Assembly: GCA_965203515.1 (NCBI GenBank)
Contig: OZ241907.1
Coordinates: 1,952,001 to 2,016,000 of the forward strand
Direction of reading: 5' to 3'
DNA length: 64,000 nucleotides
Source: Spirochaetia bacterium
GTDB taxonomy: Bacteria; Spirochaetota; Spirochaetia; SZUA-6; Bin103
Below, in pieces: positions 20,394 to 30,907 of the stretch. Made by a program: the position numbers and the translations under genes. Each line of letters opens with the position of its first letter. Position 1 is the first letter of the stretch. A model generated the notes under the pieces. That model was given only the letters and a program-made list of their open reading frames with translations. It ran no database searches and was not told the DNA's origin.

Positions 20394-21931
20394 ACCCGGT
20401 AGGCGAACAGCGTGGCGGCGAACATCCTGATACGGATCACCACCGTGGAGCCGGCGCCGCGCAGATCGCTGCTGCCGTTCCAGGAGACCGCGCGGTCGGC
20501 ATCGTCGCCGGTGAGCGGGTCGCACGCCGCGAACGTGTAGCCGTCGATGCCGGGCACGTCCGGGTTCAGGCGCGAGGGAATCGATCGGATCAGCTCGACC
20601 TTGATCCAGCCGCCGGCTCGGCAGCGGTAGTTGAGGCGCAACGGGCCGCCCGAGCGGGTGATCGTGGGGATGGTGAAGCGCCCTTCGGTCTCGGCATCGA
20701 TGCCGGCCAACCGGTGCGGGCGCCAGCGCGCCCAGCGGATGACGCCGTGGGCGCGCGGCATGGTGCGGCCGGCGTTGTGCAGCCAGGAGGTGGCGTCGTA
20801 CGGGACCGCCCACCAGCCGTCCGGCAGGGTGATCAGCCCCACGCCCCACGGCCAGGTGATGCCGGCTTCGTCGCTGCCGGGAGGTCCGACCGGGATCACC
20901 GGCCGCCGTTCGGGGCGCGTCCAGTACAGGCCGTCGCGGCTGAAGGCGAGCTGCGCGTCGCCGTGGTCGCCGATCTGGTGATAGACCTGCACCACGCCCA
21001 CATGCAGATCGTCCCGTCCCGGATAGGGGAAGTAGTACATGCCGTAGAACGAGGTGTCCGGCGGGTCCTGGGGATCGGCGGTGAGCACCAGCCGCGATCG
21101 CGGCCAGCGGCGAAAGTCGGTGGTCCCGGTGATGCCGATGCTGCGGCGGCCGGTGCCGCCGGGACGCACGAACGCGAAGTAGCGGCCGGTCGCCGCGTCA
21201 TGGCCGGGAGCGATGCCGCCGTCGGCCGGCATGTCGGCCAGCGGTTCGTCGATCACCGTCCAGCGCAGGCCGTCCGGTGAGGTCCACCCCTGCAGCCAGG
21301 TGCGGTTGACGATGCGCGGGCCGTCGTAGGCGGCGCCGGCGTAATCGGCCGCCGCCATGCGCTGCTGCCACTCTTCCGTCGGCAGCAGCTCGTCCGTGTC
21401 GGGATCGAAGTAGCCGCCGGTCATCCGTATCGCCTTGAAGCGCTCGGCCGGCTCGGCGGTCGGGTCGATGAACATCCCGCAGTGGGCCGGCCCGTCGGTG
21501 ACGTTGTCGGCCCGCCCGCCGACCGGCGCCTTGTCGAAGCGGTAGCCGTCGGCCGAGCGCGCGTAGCGGAGCGTCGACTCGCCGCTCGGCGGGAAGGCGC
21601 CGTACAGGATGTGGTAGTGCCCGTCCTCCTGCCAGGCGAGCACGTTGTGCAGCCCGCCGCCGCCTTCCAAGGCCGGGTCGGAGCGGATCAGCGCCGCCGA
21701 CTTGCAGGCCGGCTCGATCCGCAGGCGGATGCCGACCGGTGCGTCGAACAGTTCATAGCGGCCGTCGCGGGTGACCCCGCGATTGCCGGGATGGACCTCT
21801 TCCCAGTCGATCAGCGGGTTCCAGGCGGCGCGGGCATCGCGCGTGTGCAGCGTCTCGCGCCCTTGTCCTTCGTCGCCCCAGCCCGCCGGCCGGAAGGCGT
21901 GCGCACCGATCCCGGTCAACCCCTCGGTCAT
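20390..21931 (-). CDS. Beta-propeller glycoside-hydrolase-like protein
   Basis: SADG, SPDGLRW, SRDGLYW repeats; C-terminus similar to 8211-9632. Confidence 0.7.
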   Translation of the reverse strand: MTEGLTGIGAHAFRPAGWGDEGQGRETLHTRDARAAWNPLIDWEEVHPGNRGVTRDGRYELFDAPVGIRLRIEPACKSAALIRSDPALEGGGGLHNVLAWQEDGHYHILYGAFPPSGESTLRYARSADGYRFDKAPVGGRADNVTDGPAHCGMFIDPTAEPAERFKAIRMTGGYFDPDTDELLPTEEWQQRMAAADYAGAAYDGPRIVNRTWLQGWTSPDGLRWTVIDEPLADMPADGGIAPGHDAATGRYFAFVRPGGTGRRSIGITGTTDFRRWPRSRLVLTADPQDPPDTSFYGMYYFPYPGRDDLHVGVVQVYHQIGDHGDAQLAFSRDGLYWTRPERRPVIPVGPPGSDEAGITWPWGVGLITLPDGWWAVPYDATSWLHNAGRTMPRAHGVIRWARWRPHRLAGIDAETEGRFTIPTITRSGGPLRLNYRCRAGGWIKVELIRSIPSRLNPDVPGIDGYTFAACDPLTGDDADRAVSWNGSSDLRGAGSTVVIRIRMFAATLFAYRV

Positions 21932-21997
21932 ACCCCCGACGATACCGGCTTGACGCTCCGGCGGCAAAACCTCGTGCCGTGGTATGCTGGCGGTCGG

Positions 21998-22582
21998 ATG
22001 AGCAGCGCTACCTGGGGACCGTCGGCGTTTCGAGCACGCGCCACCGGACGCAGCCGCACGCGGCGCATCCTGAACACGATCGGTCTGGCGGCGCTCACCG
22101 CCGGCTTGGCGCTGCTGGTGACGTTCACCTCCGGCGTCCAGGACCTGGACGAGGTGATCCTGGCGATCGGCGCCGCGGTCGCTTCGCTGGCGGCGGTGGT
22201 GGCCGTGCGCGCGGTGCAGAGCGAGCTGGCCTTTCACGAAGCGCCTCGACTGGAACGGATCCGACACGACCAGGACGCCCGCCGGGGGCAGCCGGCGGTG
22301 CCGTCGCCGCTGGCCAAGATCGCATCCGAGCTGGAACTGGCGCAGACCAGCAAGCGCTACTACCGGCGGGTCCTGGGTCCCCGGCTCGCGGCGGTCGCAG
22401 CCGGGCTGGTCGACCGCGCCGCCCGTGAGCGGCTGCTGGCCCGCATCGACGCGATCGGCCGGCCCGGCGACGCCTTCGCCGATCGTCTGCCGGAGCGGAT
22501 CACGCGCCGCGGCGTCCCGCTGGCGCAGCTCGCCGGCGTGGTGCGGGAGATGGATCGAGCCGACGCCGGCGACGTCACCTGA
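21998..22582 (+). CDS. Hypothetical membrane protein, first gene of MoxR operon
   Basis: Two TM helices; operon position. Confidence 0.65.
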   Translation: MSSATWGPSAFRARATGRSRTRRILNTIGLAALTAGLALLVTFTSGVQDLDEVILAIGAAVASLAAVVAVRAVQSELAFHEAPRLERIRHDQDARRGQPAVPSPLAKIASELELAQTSKRYYRRVLGPRLAAVAAGLVDRAARERLLARIDAIGRPGDAFADRLPERITRRGVPLAQLAGVVREMDRADAGDVT

Positions 22583-22613
22583 CACGACGACACGACGAAA
22601 CTGAGGAGCGACC

Positions 22614-23567
22614 ATGGAACTGACACGGGTCAGTGAGACCACACGCCGGGCGGTCGATGAGGTCGGCCGTTTCATCGTCGGCAAGGACGACGTCCTGCGG
22701 CAGATACTGATGGGACTGATGGCCGACGGGCACATCCTGCTGCAGGACTTTCCCGGCTTGGCCAAGACGATGATCGCGCAGTCGTTCGCGCAGGTGCTCG
22801 ACATCCGCTTCACGCGCATCCAGTTCACGCCCGACCTGCTGCCCGGCGAGATCACCGGCGGTTACGTCTACAACCAGCGCGACGCCGCGTTCGAGTTCCG
22901 CAAAGGGCCGATATTCGCCAACCTGCTGCTCGGCGACGAGATCAACCGCGCGACGCCCAAGACCCAGTCGGCGCTGCTGGAGGCGATGCAGGAGCGGCAG
23001 GTCACGGTGGAGGGCGAGCGCTTCGCGATCGAGAAGCCGTTCGTGGTCATCGCCACGCAGAACCCGGTCGAGTTCGAGGGGACCTACCCGCTGCCGGAGG
23101 CGCAGCTCGACCGCTTCATCATGCGCACCGGCATCGGCTACCCGAGCGCCGAGGACGAATACGAGATCCTGCGGCGCCGACAGGAGCGCAAGGAAGACAC
23201 GGTCGCGCTCGCGCCGGTCGTCTCCAAGGAAGAGCTGCTGGCCATGCAACTCGCGCTGGAGGAGGTGCACGTCTCCGAGCCGATCGGCAAGTACATCGTC
23301 GACCTGACGCGCGCCACGCGTGAGGACGCCAAGGTGCAGGTCGGCGCTTCGCCGCGCGGCGTCTACGCGGTGTTCAAGCTGGCGCGCGCGCACGCGGTCC
23401 TCGACGGCCGCGACTTCGTGACCCCGGAGGACGTCAAGGAGGTGGCGGTGATCGCCCTGGCCCACCGCATCGTGATGAAGCCGGAGTACTGGGTTCGCGG
23501 CATCTCCGACGAATCGATCGTCCAGGACGCGATGAACGAGGTGCCCACGCCGCAAGCCGACGCGTGA
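22614..23567 (+). CDS. MoxR-family AAA+ ATPase
   Basis: PGLAKT, RIQFTPDLLP, DEINRA, ATQNP, LPEAQLDRF. Confidence 0.95.
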   Translation: MELTRVSETTRRAVDEVGRFIVGKDDVLRQILMGLMADGHILLQDFPGLAKTMIAQSFAQVLDIRFTRIQFTPDLLPGEITGGYVYNQRDAAFEFRKGPIFANLLLGDEINRATPKTQSALLEAMQERQVTVEGERFAIEKPFVVIATQNPVEFEGTYPLPEAQLDRFIMRTGIGYPSAEDEYEILRRRQERKEDTVALAPVVSKEELLAMQLALEEVHVSEPIGKYIVDLTRATREDAKVQVGASPRGVYAVFKLARAHAVLDGRDFVTPEDVKEVAVIALAHRIVMKPEYWVRGISDESIVQDAMNEVPTPQADA

Positions 23568-23568
23568 C

Positions 23569-24846
23569 GTGACCAAGCACTTCGGAGCGCGCTTCGTCTC
23601 CTACCTGGCGCTGACCCTGGTCAGCCTGGTGTTCGCGGCGCTGCTGCGGCGCATCGAACTGGTGATGATCGGCGCCACCTTCGCGGTCGCGATCGTCGCC
23701 GCGCTGCTCGGCGACCGCACGCCGCGCATGCGGTTCAGCCACAGCATCTCCCGGCTGACCATGTTCGAGGGGGACGAGGTCGACGTCGAGTTCACCGTCC
23801 ACGCCGGCACTGCGGTGCCGATCGCGGAAGTGGTCGACCCGCTGCCGGCCGGCGCGTCGCTGGTCTCCGGGCGCAACGCCGTGGTCGTCTCGCTCGGCCC
23901 CGGACAGACCGAGACCTGCCGCTACCGGTTGCGCATCGACCGGCGCGCCCGCTTCACGCAGGGCCGGCTGTTCCACCGCGCCTACGCCGGCTCCGGCATG
24001 ATCCTGTGGGAGGCGGAGTGGAGCGACCCCAAGGTCTGCACCGCCTACCCGCGCGTCGATTCGGTCAGCCGCCCGATCCGGCCGTTCCATACGCAGGTGA
24101 ACGTCGGCAACTACCCCTCGCGCGAAGCGTCCGAGGGGTTGGAGTTCGCCAGCATGCGGGAATACGTACCGGGCGACCGGCTGCGCGCCGTCAACTGGCG
24201 CGCGACGCAGCGCACCGGCCGCATGTACGTCAACGAGTACACGCGCGAGCGCAACGCCGACATCGTGCTGCTGCTCGATGCGTTCGAGGATGCGGGCGCG
24301 TTCGGCTCGACCGTGCTCGACCAGGCGACCCGCATCGTCGCGTCGCTGGCGCGCTACTTCCTCACCGGCAACAACCGCGTGGGCTGCATCGAGCTGTCGG
24401 GGCTGCTGCGCTGGGTGAGCCCCAACCTCGGCACCCGCCAGCAGTACCGGATATTGGAGTTTCTCACCGACGTGCGCGCGCGGGAGAGCGACGTCGACCG
24501 CGACATCACCAAGGTGCCCCGGCAGATCCTGCCGGCGCAAGCGCTGATCGCCGCGTTCACGCCGCTGATCGACGTGCGGTTCACCGACACGCTGCTCAAT
24601 CTGGCCAGCCGCCGGTACGACGTGGCGGCCGTGGTGATCAATCCCGCGCTGGCGCTGGCCCCGGTCTACGGCGCCACGCCGAGCGAGGCGGCGGCGGTGC
24701 CGCTGTGGCGCATGGAGACCGACCGCGCGTCGCGCCAGTTCTCCGAGGCCGGCGTGCCGATCATCCGCCTGGAGCCGGACGAGCCGGTCGAGCTGCTGGC
24801 GTCCCGGATCGACGCCCTGCGCCGCCGCCGGTCGTTGCTGCAATGA
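23569..24846 (+). CDS. DUF58 protein
   Basis: EFASMREYVPGD...NWRATQR. Confidence 0.9.
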   Translation: MTKHFGARFVSYLALTLVSLVFAALLRRIELVMIGATFAVAIVAALLGDRTPRMRFSHSISRLTMFEGDEVDVEFTVHAGTAVPIAEVVDPLPAGASLVSGRNAVVVSLGPGQTETCRYRLRIDRRARFTQGRLFHRAYAGSGMILWEAEWSDPKVCTAYPRVDSVSRPIRPFHTQVNVGNYPSREASEGLEFASMREYVPGDRLRAVNWRATQRTGRMYVNEYTRERNADIVLLLDAFEDAGAFGSTVLDQATRIVASLARYFLTGNNRVGCIELSGLLRWVSPNLGTRQQYRILEFLTDVRARESDVDRDITKVPRQILPAQALIAAFTPLIDVRFTDTLLNLASRRYDVAAVVINPALALAPVYGATPSEAAAVPLWRMETDRASRQFSEAGVPIIRLEPDEPVELLASRIDALRRRRSLLQ

Positions 24847-25397
24847 CCCGGCTGGTGCTGCTCGGCCTGCCGCTGGCGCTGGGCGCGTGGAACCTGGCGC
24901 TGGCCGGCATCACCCTGGGCACGGTGCTTGCGTCCCTGGTCGGGGCGGCGGCGGTGATCTACGGCGCTCAGCAACGCCGGTCCGGCTACGTCACCGCCGG
25001 CGTGTTCGCGCTGCTGGTGGCGCACGCGGGCGCGCTGGTGACCGCCGGCGCGCCGGTGCAGGTGTGGCCCGGCCTGGCCTACGGTCTGGGGCTGCTCGTC
25101 ATCATGGAGGCGTCCTACGATCACCTGACCATCCTGCGCGGCCGCGCCGCCGGCAACCGCTACGCCGTGCGGCGCAGCTATCTGATCCGGGTCGGCGCCG
25201 CCGCGGTCGCCGCCGGCTTCGCGGTCGCCGTCCTGGGCGTGGGATACACGCCGCGGCTGGCCGACCAGTCGGCGCCGGCGATCTTCTGGATCGGCGGCTT
25301 GAGCGTGGTCGCCCTGTCGGTGGCGGCGCTCATGTTGCTGCGCTTCTGGCTCAAGGAGCGCTCCTCCGCGGATGCCGACAGCCGCAGCGAAACGTAG
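24843..25397 (+). CDS. Hypothetical membrane protein
   Basis: ~6 TM segments; ATGA overlap. Confidence 0.7.
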   Translation: MTRLVLLGLPLALGAWNLALAGITLGTVLASLVGAAAVIYGAQQRRSGYVTAGVFALLVAHAGALVTAGAPVQVWPGLAYGLGLLVIMEASYDHLTILRGRAAGNRYAVRRSYLIRVGAAAVAAGFAVAVLGVGYTPRLADQSAPAIFWIGGLSVVALSVAALMLLRFWLKERSSADADSRSET

Positions 25398-25454
25398 TAG
25401 ACTCCGCGGGTTCCGCGCGTCCTGGCGACCGCGGGGCATGGAGGGGAACAAGCA

Positions 25455-26234
25455 ATGCAGAGGACGAAGCGCAGGCGGTCGGTCTGGTTGGCAGCGGCAG
25501 CTCTGTCGCTGGCCGCGTCGGGAGCCGCCGCGGCTCAGGAAAGCCCGCAACAGGAGCTGCTCGCGGCGTTCTACGGACCGCCCGATCTGACCATGCTCAC
25601 CTACTACAGCGCCGGCTGGACCCATCTGTTGTTCGACAATGCGTACCCTGATCTCCTGGCCCGACTGGGCCAGAGCAGGACCCCGGAACGGAACAGCTTT
25701 TCGCACGGCTGGGGGGCGCTGGTCACCTACGGGCGGTTCGTCGCGGTGCTGGAGACCAGCCACGCGGGCTCCGCCAGCAGGAACGCCCGGAAGGAGTCGG
25801 TGGAACTGTCGACCGACGATCTGTCGCTCCAGGTCGGCTACGCGCCGATCAAGCTGCCGGCCGCCATCGGCTTCATCACCGCCGGCGCCGGCATGCAGAC
25901 GGTGGGGCTGCGCGGCTATCCCGAATCTCCCGGCACCTTCGACGCCGTGGTCGTCGACGGCAGCGAGGATCGTATATTCTCGGTCAGCGCCAGCACGCTG
26001 GTCCTCAAGGCTTCGGCCGGATTCGAGCTCGCGGTCCTGCCGCCCGGCGACCCGTGGGGCCTGCACGCCGGCATCATCGCCGGCGTCGCCTACGCGCCCC
26101 TGGATCCGAAGTATCGGCTGTTCGGCGGCGCCGGCCTACTCGACGGCGCGCCGCTGCTCACCGGCAACCACCCCAAGCTCACCCCCTGGTCATTCAGCGT
26201 CAGCCTGCTGCTGGGGGTCGGCGGCGGCCTGTAG
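25455..26234 (+). CDS. Secreted / outer-membrane beta-rich protein
   Basis: Signal peptide ending AAAQ; alternating beta-strand pattern; GGAGGGG RBS. Confidence 0.6.
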   Translation: MQRTKRRRSVWLAAAALSLAASGAAAAQESPQQELLAAFYGPPDLTMLTYYSAGWTHLLFDNAYPDLLARLGQSRTPERNSFSHGWGALVTYGRFVAVLETSHAGSASRNARKESVELSTDDLSLQVGYAPIKLPAAIGFITAGAGMQTVGLRGYPESPGTFDAVVVDGSEDRIFSVSASTLVLKASAGFELAVLPPGDPWGLHAGIIAGVAYAPLDPKYRLFGGAGLLDGAPLLTGNHPKLTPWSFSVSLLLGVGGGL

Positions 26235-26258
26235 GCGTCCGCCGGGGCTCGCCTCAAA

Positions 26259-26609
26259 ATGATAGACGCGATCGTCGGCTGGATCGGCGATCTGGCGGCA
26301 TCGATTCGGGAGCGGTACGCGGTCGATCCCTACCTGTTCCTGGCGCTGTCGGCGGTCTGCGGCCCGCTGTTCTACTACTCGCTGTACCGCATGGCGCGCG
26401 CGCTCAGGAACGACCGTCAGGCGGTCGCCCGCTGGAGCCTGCTCTTCCTGGCGGCCACGGTCATCCCGTACCTGTACGTGCTGGTATTCGGGCGCAACCT
26501 TCCCTGGTGGGTCTACGTGGTGCTGGCGGCCGCGGTCGGCTGGGGCGTCTATCAGCTCGCCGTCAAGCTGCGGGCCGGCCGGAACGGATCGACGCCGGTC
26601 AAATCCTGA
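26259..26609 (+). CDS. Small membrane protein
   Basis: Three hydrophobic segments. Confidence 0.65.
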   Translation: MIDAIVGWIGDLAASIRERYAVDPYLFLALSAVCGPLFYYSLYRMARALRNDRQAVARWSLLFLAATVIPYLYVLVFGRNLPWWVYVVLAAAVGWGVYQLAVKLRAGRNGSTPVKS

Positions 26610-27318
26610 GCAGTCGCGCCGCGTTTTCGCCGAGCACCTTGCGCTTGGCCGCTGCGCCGATGTCGGCGGTGAGCACCTTGGCGATCTGGCTGCGCGGGTC
26701 CATGAGCGGCAGGTCGGACCCGAACAGCACCCGGTCCTCGCCCCCCTCGGCGACCAGCTCTTCGATCACCCCCGGCGTGCGGAAGGTGGAGCAGGTCTCC
26801 AGGTAGACGTTCGGAAACGCCCGCGCGGCGGCGATCGCCTGCCCGCGGTACGGCTGCACGTTGCCGCTATGACCGGCGACGAAGCGCGCGCCGGGAAACA
26901 GCGGAGCGACGGCCGACAGGTGCCGGGGCTCGGCCTGCCACTCCCTGCCGGTATGGCTGATCACCGCCAATCCGCGTTCGTCCGCGAAGCGGTAGATCGG
27001 CCAGTACCGCTCGTGGTCGAGCGGCCACGGCGTGTACGGCGGATAGATCTTGATCGCCGCCATGCCCAGGTCGTCGAAGGCGCGGCGCAACTCGGCGTCG
27101 ATCTCCGCGGCCGACAGGTGCGGCGACACGAAGGCGAACCCTGTGAAGCGGTCCGGGTGGGCGGCGCAGAACGCCGCGGTCTGATCGTTGGCCCGCGTGC
27201 CGGCGGGATGGAAGATGTTGAACAGGCACGAACGGTCCACGCCGGCGCCGTCCATGGCGCGCAGCATCTCCGCCGCCGAGGCGTCCATGCCGGTATGGCC
27301 GTGGAAGTCGATGATCAC
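26599..27318 (-). CDS. Amidohydrolase_2 family protein
   Basis: IDFHGH, IKIYP, SHTG, GHSG, FGSD.P. Confidence 0.88.
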   Translation of the reverse strand: MIIDFHGHTGMDASAAEMLRAMDGAGVDRSCLFNIFHPAGTRANDQTAAFCAAHPDRFTGFAFVSPHLSAAEIDAELRRAFDDLGMAAIKIYPPYTPWPLDHERYWPIYRFADERGLAVISHTGREWQAEPRHLSAVAPLFPGARFVAGHSGNVQPYRGQAIAAARAFPNVYLETCSTFRTPGVIEELVAEGGEDRVLFGSDLPLMDPRSQIAKVLTADIGAAAKRKVLGENAARLLRI

Positions 27319-28079
27319 GCGCCGAGCCCCAGCAGCCCTTGCAGGGTCCCGCCCAACACGGCCGCGCGGTCGGCGTCCGACAGGCGGATCGTGCGCAGAT
27401 AGTGGACCATGGTCCCCATCGCGTAGCGCGGATACCACGATCCGTAGAGCAGCCGCGATGAGCCGAACTCCCCGCACAGACTCTCCACGCCGCCCAGCGG
27501 CTCGTAGCGGCTCAGCTCCAGGTGCATGCCTTCGACCGCGCGCAGCATGGCGGGCACGAAGATCGCGTGCGTGGGATGGGCGCCGACCAGGATGCTGCGC
27601 AGGCGCGGGAACGCCTGCAGCGTGCGCACGATGACGTCGGGGTCGAGCTCCGGCAACTCGATCACCGCCGGCGCGCCGATCTCCGCCAGCCACGTCAGCA
27701 GCTCGCCGTACAGCCACGGCTGAAACGGCGACAGCACGCGGTCGCCGCCGGCGCAGATGCGGACGCTGGTCAGGTCGCCGGCCGCGTGGCGCCGTTGCAG
27801 GCACTCGATCGACGCGGGCGTCGGCCATCCCGTCCACTGCGGGAGCAGCCGCTCGTCACGCCATTCGTCCAGCTCGTCATCGGTCACGGTACCGTCGACC
27901 AGCGGCTGGTGGCTGTTGGCGTGGTAGATCAGGGCGCGGCCGACGCCGTGGCGGTCCATCTCCGCCAGGAGCTGCCGGCGCCCGCGGAGCGGCGACAGAC
28001 CGTACTTGGCGTCGCCGACCGCGACGTTGGCATCGAAGACCGGCATGCGCATGGGATGCTGCACGTTTTCGACCGACAC
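27315..28079 (-). CDS. Amidohydrolase-fold protein (divergent metal ligands)
   Basis: FDANV.., LLAEMDRHGV, LYGSWYP, VLGGT. Confidence 0.75.
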   Translation of the reverse strand: MSVENVQHPMRMPVFDANVAVGDAKYGLSPLRGRRQLLAEMDRHGVGRALIYHANSHQPLVDGTVTDDELDEWRDERLLPQWTGWPTPASIECLQRRHAAGDLTSVRICAGGDRVLSPFQPWLYGELLTWLAEIGAPAVIELPELDPDVIVRTLQAFPRLRSILVGAHPTHAIFVPAMLRAVEGMHLELSRYEPLGGVESLCGEFGSSRLLYGSWYPRYAMGTMVHYLRTIRLSDADRAAVLGGTLQGLLGLGA

Positions 28080-28144
28080 GATAGCAGATCGGGCGCGATG
28101 AGGTCAGCGGCGCCGTGCTACCCTCCCCTTAAGAGGAACCGCCG

Positions 28145-29668
28145 ATGAAGTGCGTGATGCTGATGTTCGATTCCCTGAACCGCCACCTGCTGCCCCCCTA
28201 CGGCGGCGCCGGCGCGCCGCCGGTGCACGCCCCCAACTTCGCCCGGCTGGCCGAGCGCACGGCGGTATTCGACCGCTCCTACATCTGCTCCATGCCGTGC
28301 ATGCCGGCGCGGCGCGACCTGCACACCGGCCGGCCCAACTTCCTGCATCGAAGCTGGGGGCCGATCGAGCCGTTCGACGATTCGGTACCGGACTTCCTGC
28401 GGCAGAACGGCGTCTACACCCATCTGTCGTCCGACCACTACCACTACTGGGAAGAGGGCGGCGCCAACTACCACGCCCGCTACCGGAGCTGGGAGTTCTT
28501 TCGCGGTCAGGAGGGCGATCCCTGGATCGGCATGGTCACCCCGCCGCCGACCGGCAACGCCATCGGCCGGAATGCCTCCGACCACCCGTCGCAGACCCAG
28601 GACCGCGTCAACCGCCTCTTCATGCGCACCACCGCCGAGTTGCCGCAGTCGCAGACGGTGGCGGCCGGCATCGAGTTCATGCGCCGCAACCGCGGCGACG
28701 ACAACTGGTTCCTGCACATGGAGACCTTCGATCCGCACGAGCCGTTCTTCAGCAATCGCGAGTTCCGGGACCGGTACGCCGAGCACTACGCGGCGTGGCG
28801 CGCCAAGAACGGACCGGTGTTCGACTGGCCGCGCTACGACTACGTCAGCGAAGACGCGGACCTGGTCGACCACATGCGCCATGAGTACGCGGCCCTGGTC
28901 TCGATGTGCGACGCACGGCTGGGCGACGTGCTCGACGCCATGGACGAGCTGGCGCTGTGGGACGACACGATGTTCATCGTCTGGACCGACCACGGCTTCC
29001 TGCTCGGCGAACACGAGTGCTGGGCCAAGGTGTGGGCGCCCTACTACGAAGAGGTGTCGCACACGCCGTTCTTCGTGTGGGACCCGCGGTCCGGCGCGCG
29101 CGGCGAGCGGCGCGAGGCGCTGGTGCAGCCGTCGATCGACCTGGGACCCACGCTGCTGTCGTGGTTCGGGTTCGAGCGGTTCCCGGACATGCTCGGCTGC
29201 GACCTGGCGCCGGTGCTGGAACGGGACCGGCCGGTGCGCGACGCCGCGATCTTCGGCCAGCACGGCGCGCACGTGAACGTCACCGACGGCCGCTACGTCT
29301 ACTGGCGAGGCCCCCGGGACATCGACGATCAGGAGCTCTACGACTACACGCTGATGCCGGCGCGCATGCGCGCCCGCTTCGGCGCCGGCGAGCTGCGCGA
29401 GGCGACGCTGGCCGAGCCGTTCTCCTTTACCAAGGGCCTGCGGACCCTGCGCATTCCGACCGGGGAGCGGTTCGGGGCGGAGCGAGGCCGGCACGCCGAT
29501 CGAAGCCGATCACGGCTGTTCGACCTGCGGAACGACCCCGGGCAGACGACACCGCTGGAAGACGACGCGATAGAGGCGCGCATGATCGACCACCTGGTGC
29601 GGCTGATGGCCGAGGCGGACGCGCCGCCGGAGCAATACCGCAGGCTGGGGCTCGCTCCGCCGTCCTGA
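28145..29668 (+). CDS. Sulfatase
   Basis: FDSLN, CMPAR FGly motif, DPHEP, TDHG. Confidence 0.92.
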   Translation: MKCVMLMFDSLNRHLLPPYGGAGAPPVHAPNFARLAERTAVFDRSYICSMPCMPARRDLHTGRPNFLHRSWGPIEPFDDSVPDFLRQNGVYTHLSSDHYHYWEEGGANYHARYRSWEFFRGQEGDPWIGMVTPPPTGNAIGRNASDHPSQTQDRVNRLFMRTTAELPQSQTVAAGIEFMRRNRGDDNWFLHMETFDPHEPFFSNREFRDRYAEHYAAWRAKNGPVFDWPRYDYVSEDADLVDHMRHEYAALVSMCDARLGDVLDAMDELALWDDTMFIVWTDHGFLLGEHECWAKVWAPYYEEVSHTPFFVWDPRSGARGERREALVQPSIDLGPTLLSWFGFERFPDMLGCDLAPVLERDRPVRDAAIFGQHGAHVNVTDGRYVYWRGPRDIDDQELYDYTLMPARMRARFGAGELREATLAEPFSFTKGLRTLRIPTGERFGAERGRHADRSRSRLFDLRNDPGQTTPLEDDAIEARMIDHLVRLMAEADAPPEQYRRLGLAPPS

Positions 29669-29670
29669 CG

Positions 29671-29708
29671 CGGAGCGGGCCGCCTGCGCCGCCGGGAGGC
29701 CCGCTCCG
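29671..29708. terminator. Hairpin between convergent genes
   Basis: cggagcgggcc ... ggcccgctccg 11-bp perfect stem; no U tract. Confidence 0.55.
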
Positions 29709-29709
29709 A

Positions 29710-30072
29710 TCAGCAGAGCTCGATGCGATCCTCGCCGTTCGGGACGACGCACAGGAACTCGAACGGCGCCTGCGTCACCTGATACGAGTGCGGCGTGCCG
29801 CCGGGGATCAGCAACACGTCGCCCTCCGCGACCTGATGCACCGTATCGCCGACCGTGACCTGCGCCCGGCCGCGGACCACGTACTGCTCGTGCTCCACCA
29901 CGTTGGTGTGGCGCGGCATGCCGCCTCCCTCGCCCATCCTGAAGCGCCGCATGGCAAAGTTCGGCGCTCCGTCATCCGGACCGATCAGCACCGACGTCTC
30001 GGTCGCGGTGCCGGCGGCCACGGGCGCGCACGGCACCTCGGTCGAACGCTTGACGACCCCTTCGCGTGCCAT
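29710..30072 (-). CDS. Cupin-domain protein
   Basis: APNFAMRRF, PRHTN.VEHEQY, GTPHSY, FLCVVP. Confidence 0.85.
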   Translation of the reverse strand: MAREGVVKRSTEVPCAPVAAGTATETSVLIGPDDGAPNFAMRRFRMGEGGGMPRHTNVVEHEQYVVRGRAQVTVGDTVHQVAEGDVLLIPGGTPHSYQVTQAPFEFLCVVPNGEDRIELC

Positions 30073-30186
30073 GCCGGCCAGCGTAGCATGAGACGCGCCG
30101 GTTCGCCCGCCGACCGTTCGCCCTCGACGGAGGCGCCCTCCGGATGGGATGATGGGCTCACCCCATCCGGTAGTGGAGATCCCCTT

Positions 30187-30870
30187 ATGCCGACGCTCAT
30201 CTTTCATGGTCACGCGTGCTGGGAGGTGCAGGGCGAGCACCGCCTGCTGATCGATCCGTTCCTGTCCGGCAATCCGGCGGCCGACGTCGGCCCCGAGCAC
30301 TTCCGCACGCTGGACGCGATCCTGCTCACCCACGGTCACGCCGACCACATCGGCGACGCGGAACAGATCGCCCGCGCCACCGGCGCGCTGATCGTCGCCA
30401 ACTACGAGATCGCGTCGCACTACGCCGACAAGGGGCTGGCCGCCCACCCGCTGCACATCGGCGGCGGCCGGCAGTTCCCGTTCGGCTACGTCAAGCTCAC
30501 CATCGCCCAGCACGGCTCCACCGGACCGAATGGCGAGGCGTTCGGCAACCCGGCCGGCATCATCCTGCGCGCCGGCGGCAAGCGCATCTTCCACGCCGGC
30601 GACACCGGCGTGTTCCTGGACATGCAGCTCATCGCCGAGTTGAACGGCCCGTTCGACGCCGCGCTGCTGCCGATCGGGGACAACTTCACCATGGGCATCG
30701 ACGACGCGGTCAAGGCGACGGAGTTCATCGGCGCGCGCATGCATCTGCCGATGCACTTCAACACCTTCGAGCAGATCGCCGTCGATCCGCAGGAGTTCAA
30801 GCGCAAGGCGGCCGCGGCGGGACAGGCGGTGACGATCCTGGAGCCGGGCGGCGCCTACGCCATCCCCTGA
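30187..30870 (+). CDS. Metal-dependent hydrolase, MBL fold (UPF0173-like)
   Basis: LLIDPF, THGHADH, HAGDT, LPIGDNFTM, PMHFNTF. Confidence 0.92.
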   Translation: MPTLIFHGHACWEVQGEHRLLIDPFLSGNPAADVGPEHFRTLDAILLTHGHADHIGDAEQIARATGALIVANYEIASHYADKGLAAHPLHIGGGRQFPFGYVKLTIAQHGSTGPNGEAFGNPAGIILRAGGKRIFHAGDTGVFLDMQLIAELNGPFDAALLPIGDNFTMGIDDAVKATEFIGARMHLPMHFNTFEQIAVDPQEFKRKAAAAGQAVTILEPGGAYAIP

Positions 30871-30907
30871 GCCGGCCGACCGCGGCTGGCCCGCATCGAC
30901 CGAGCGG

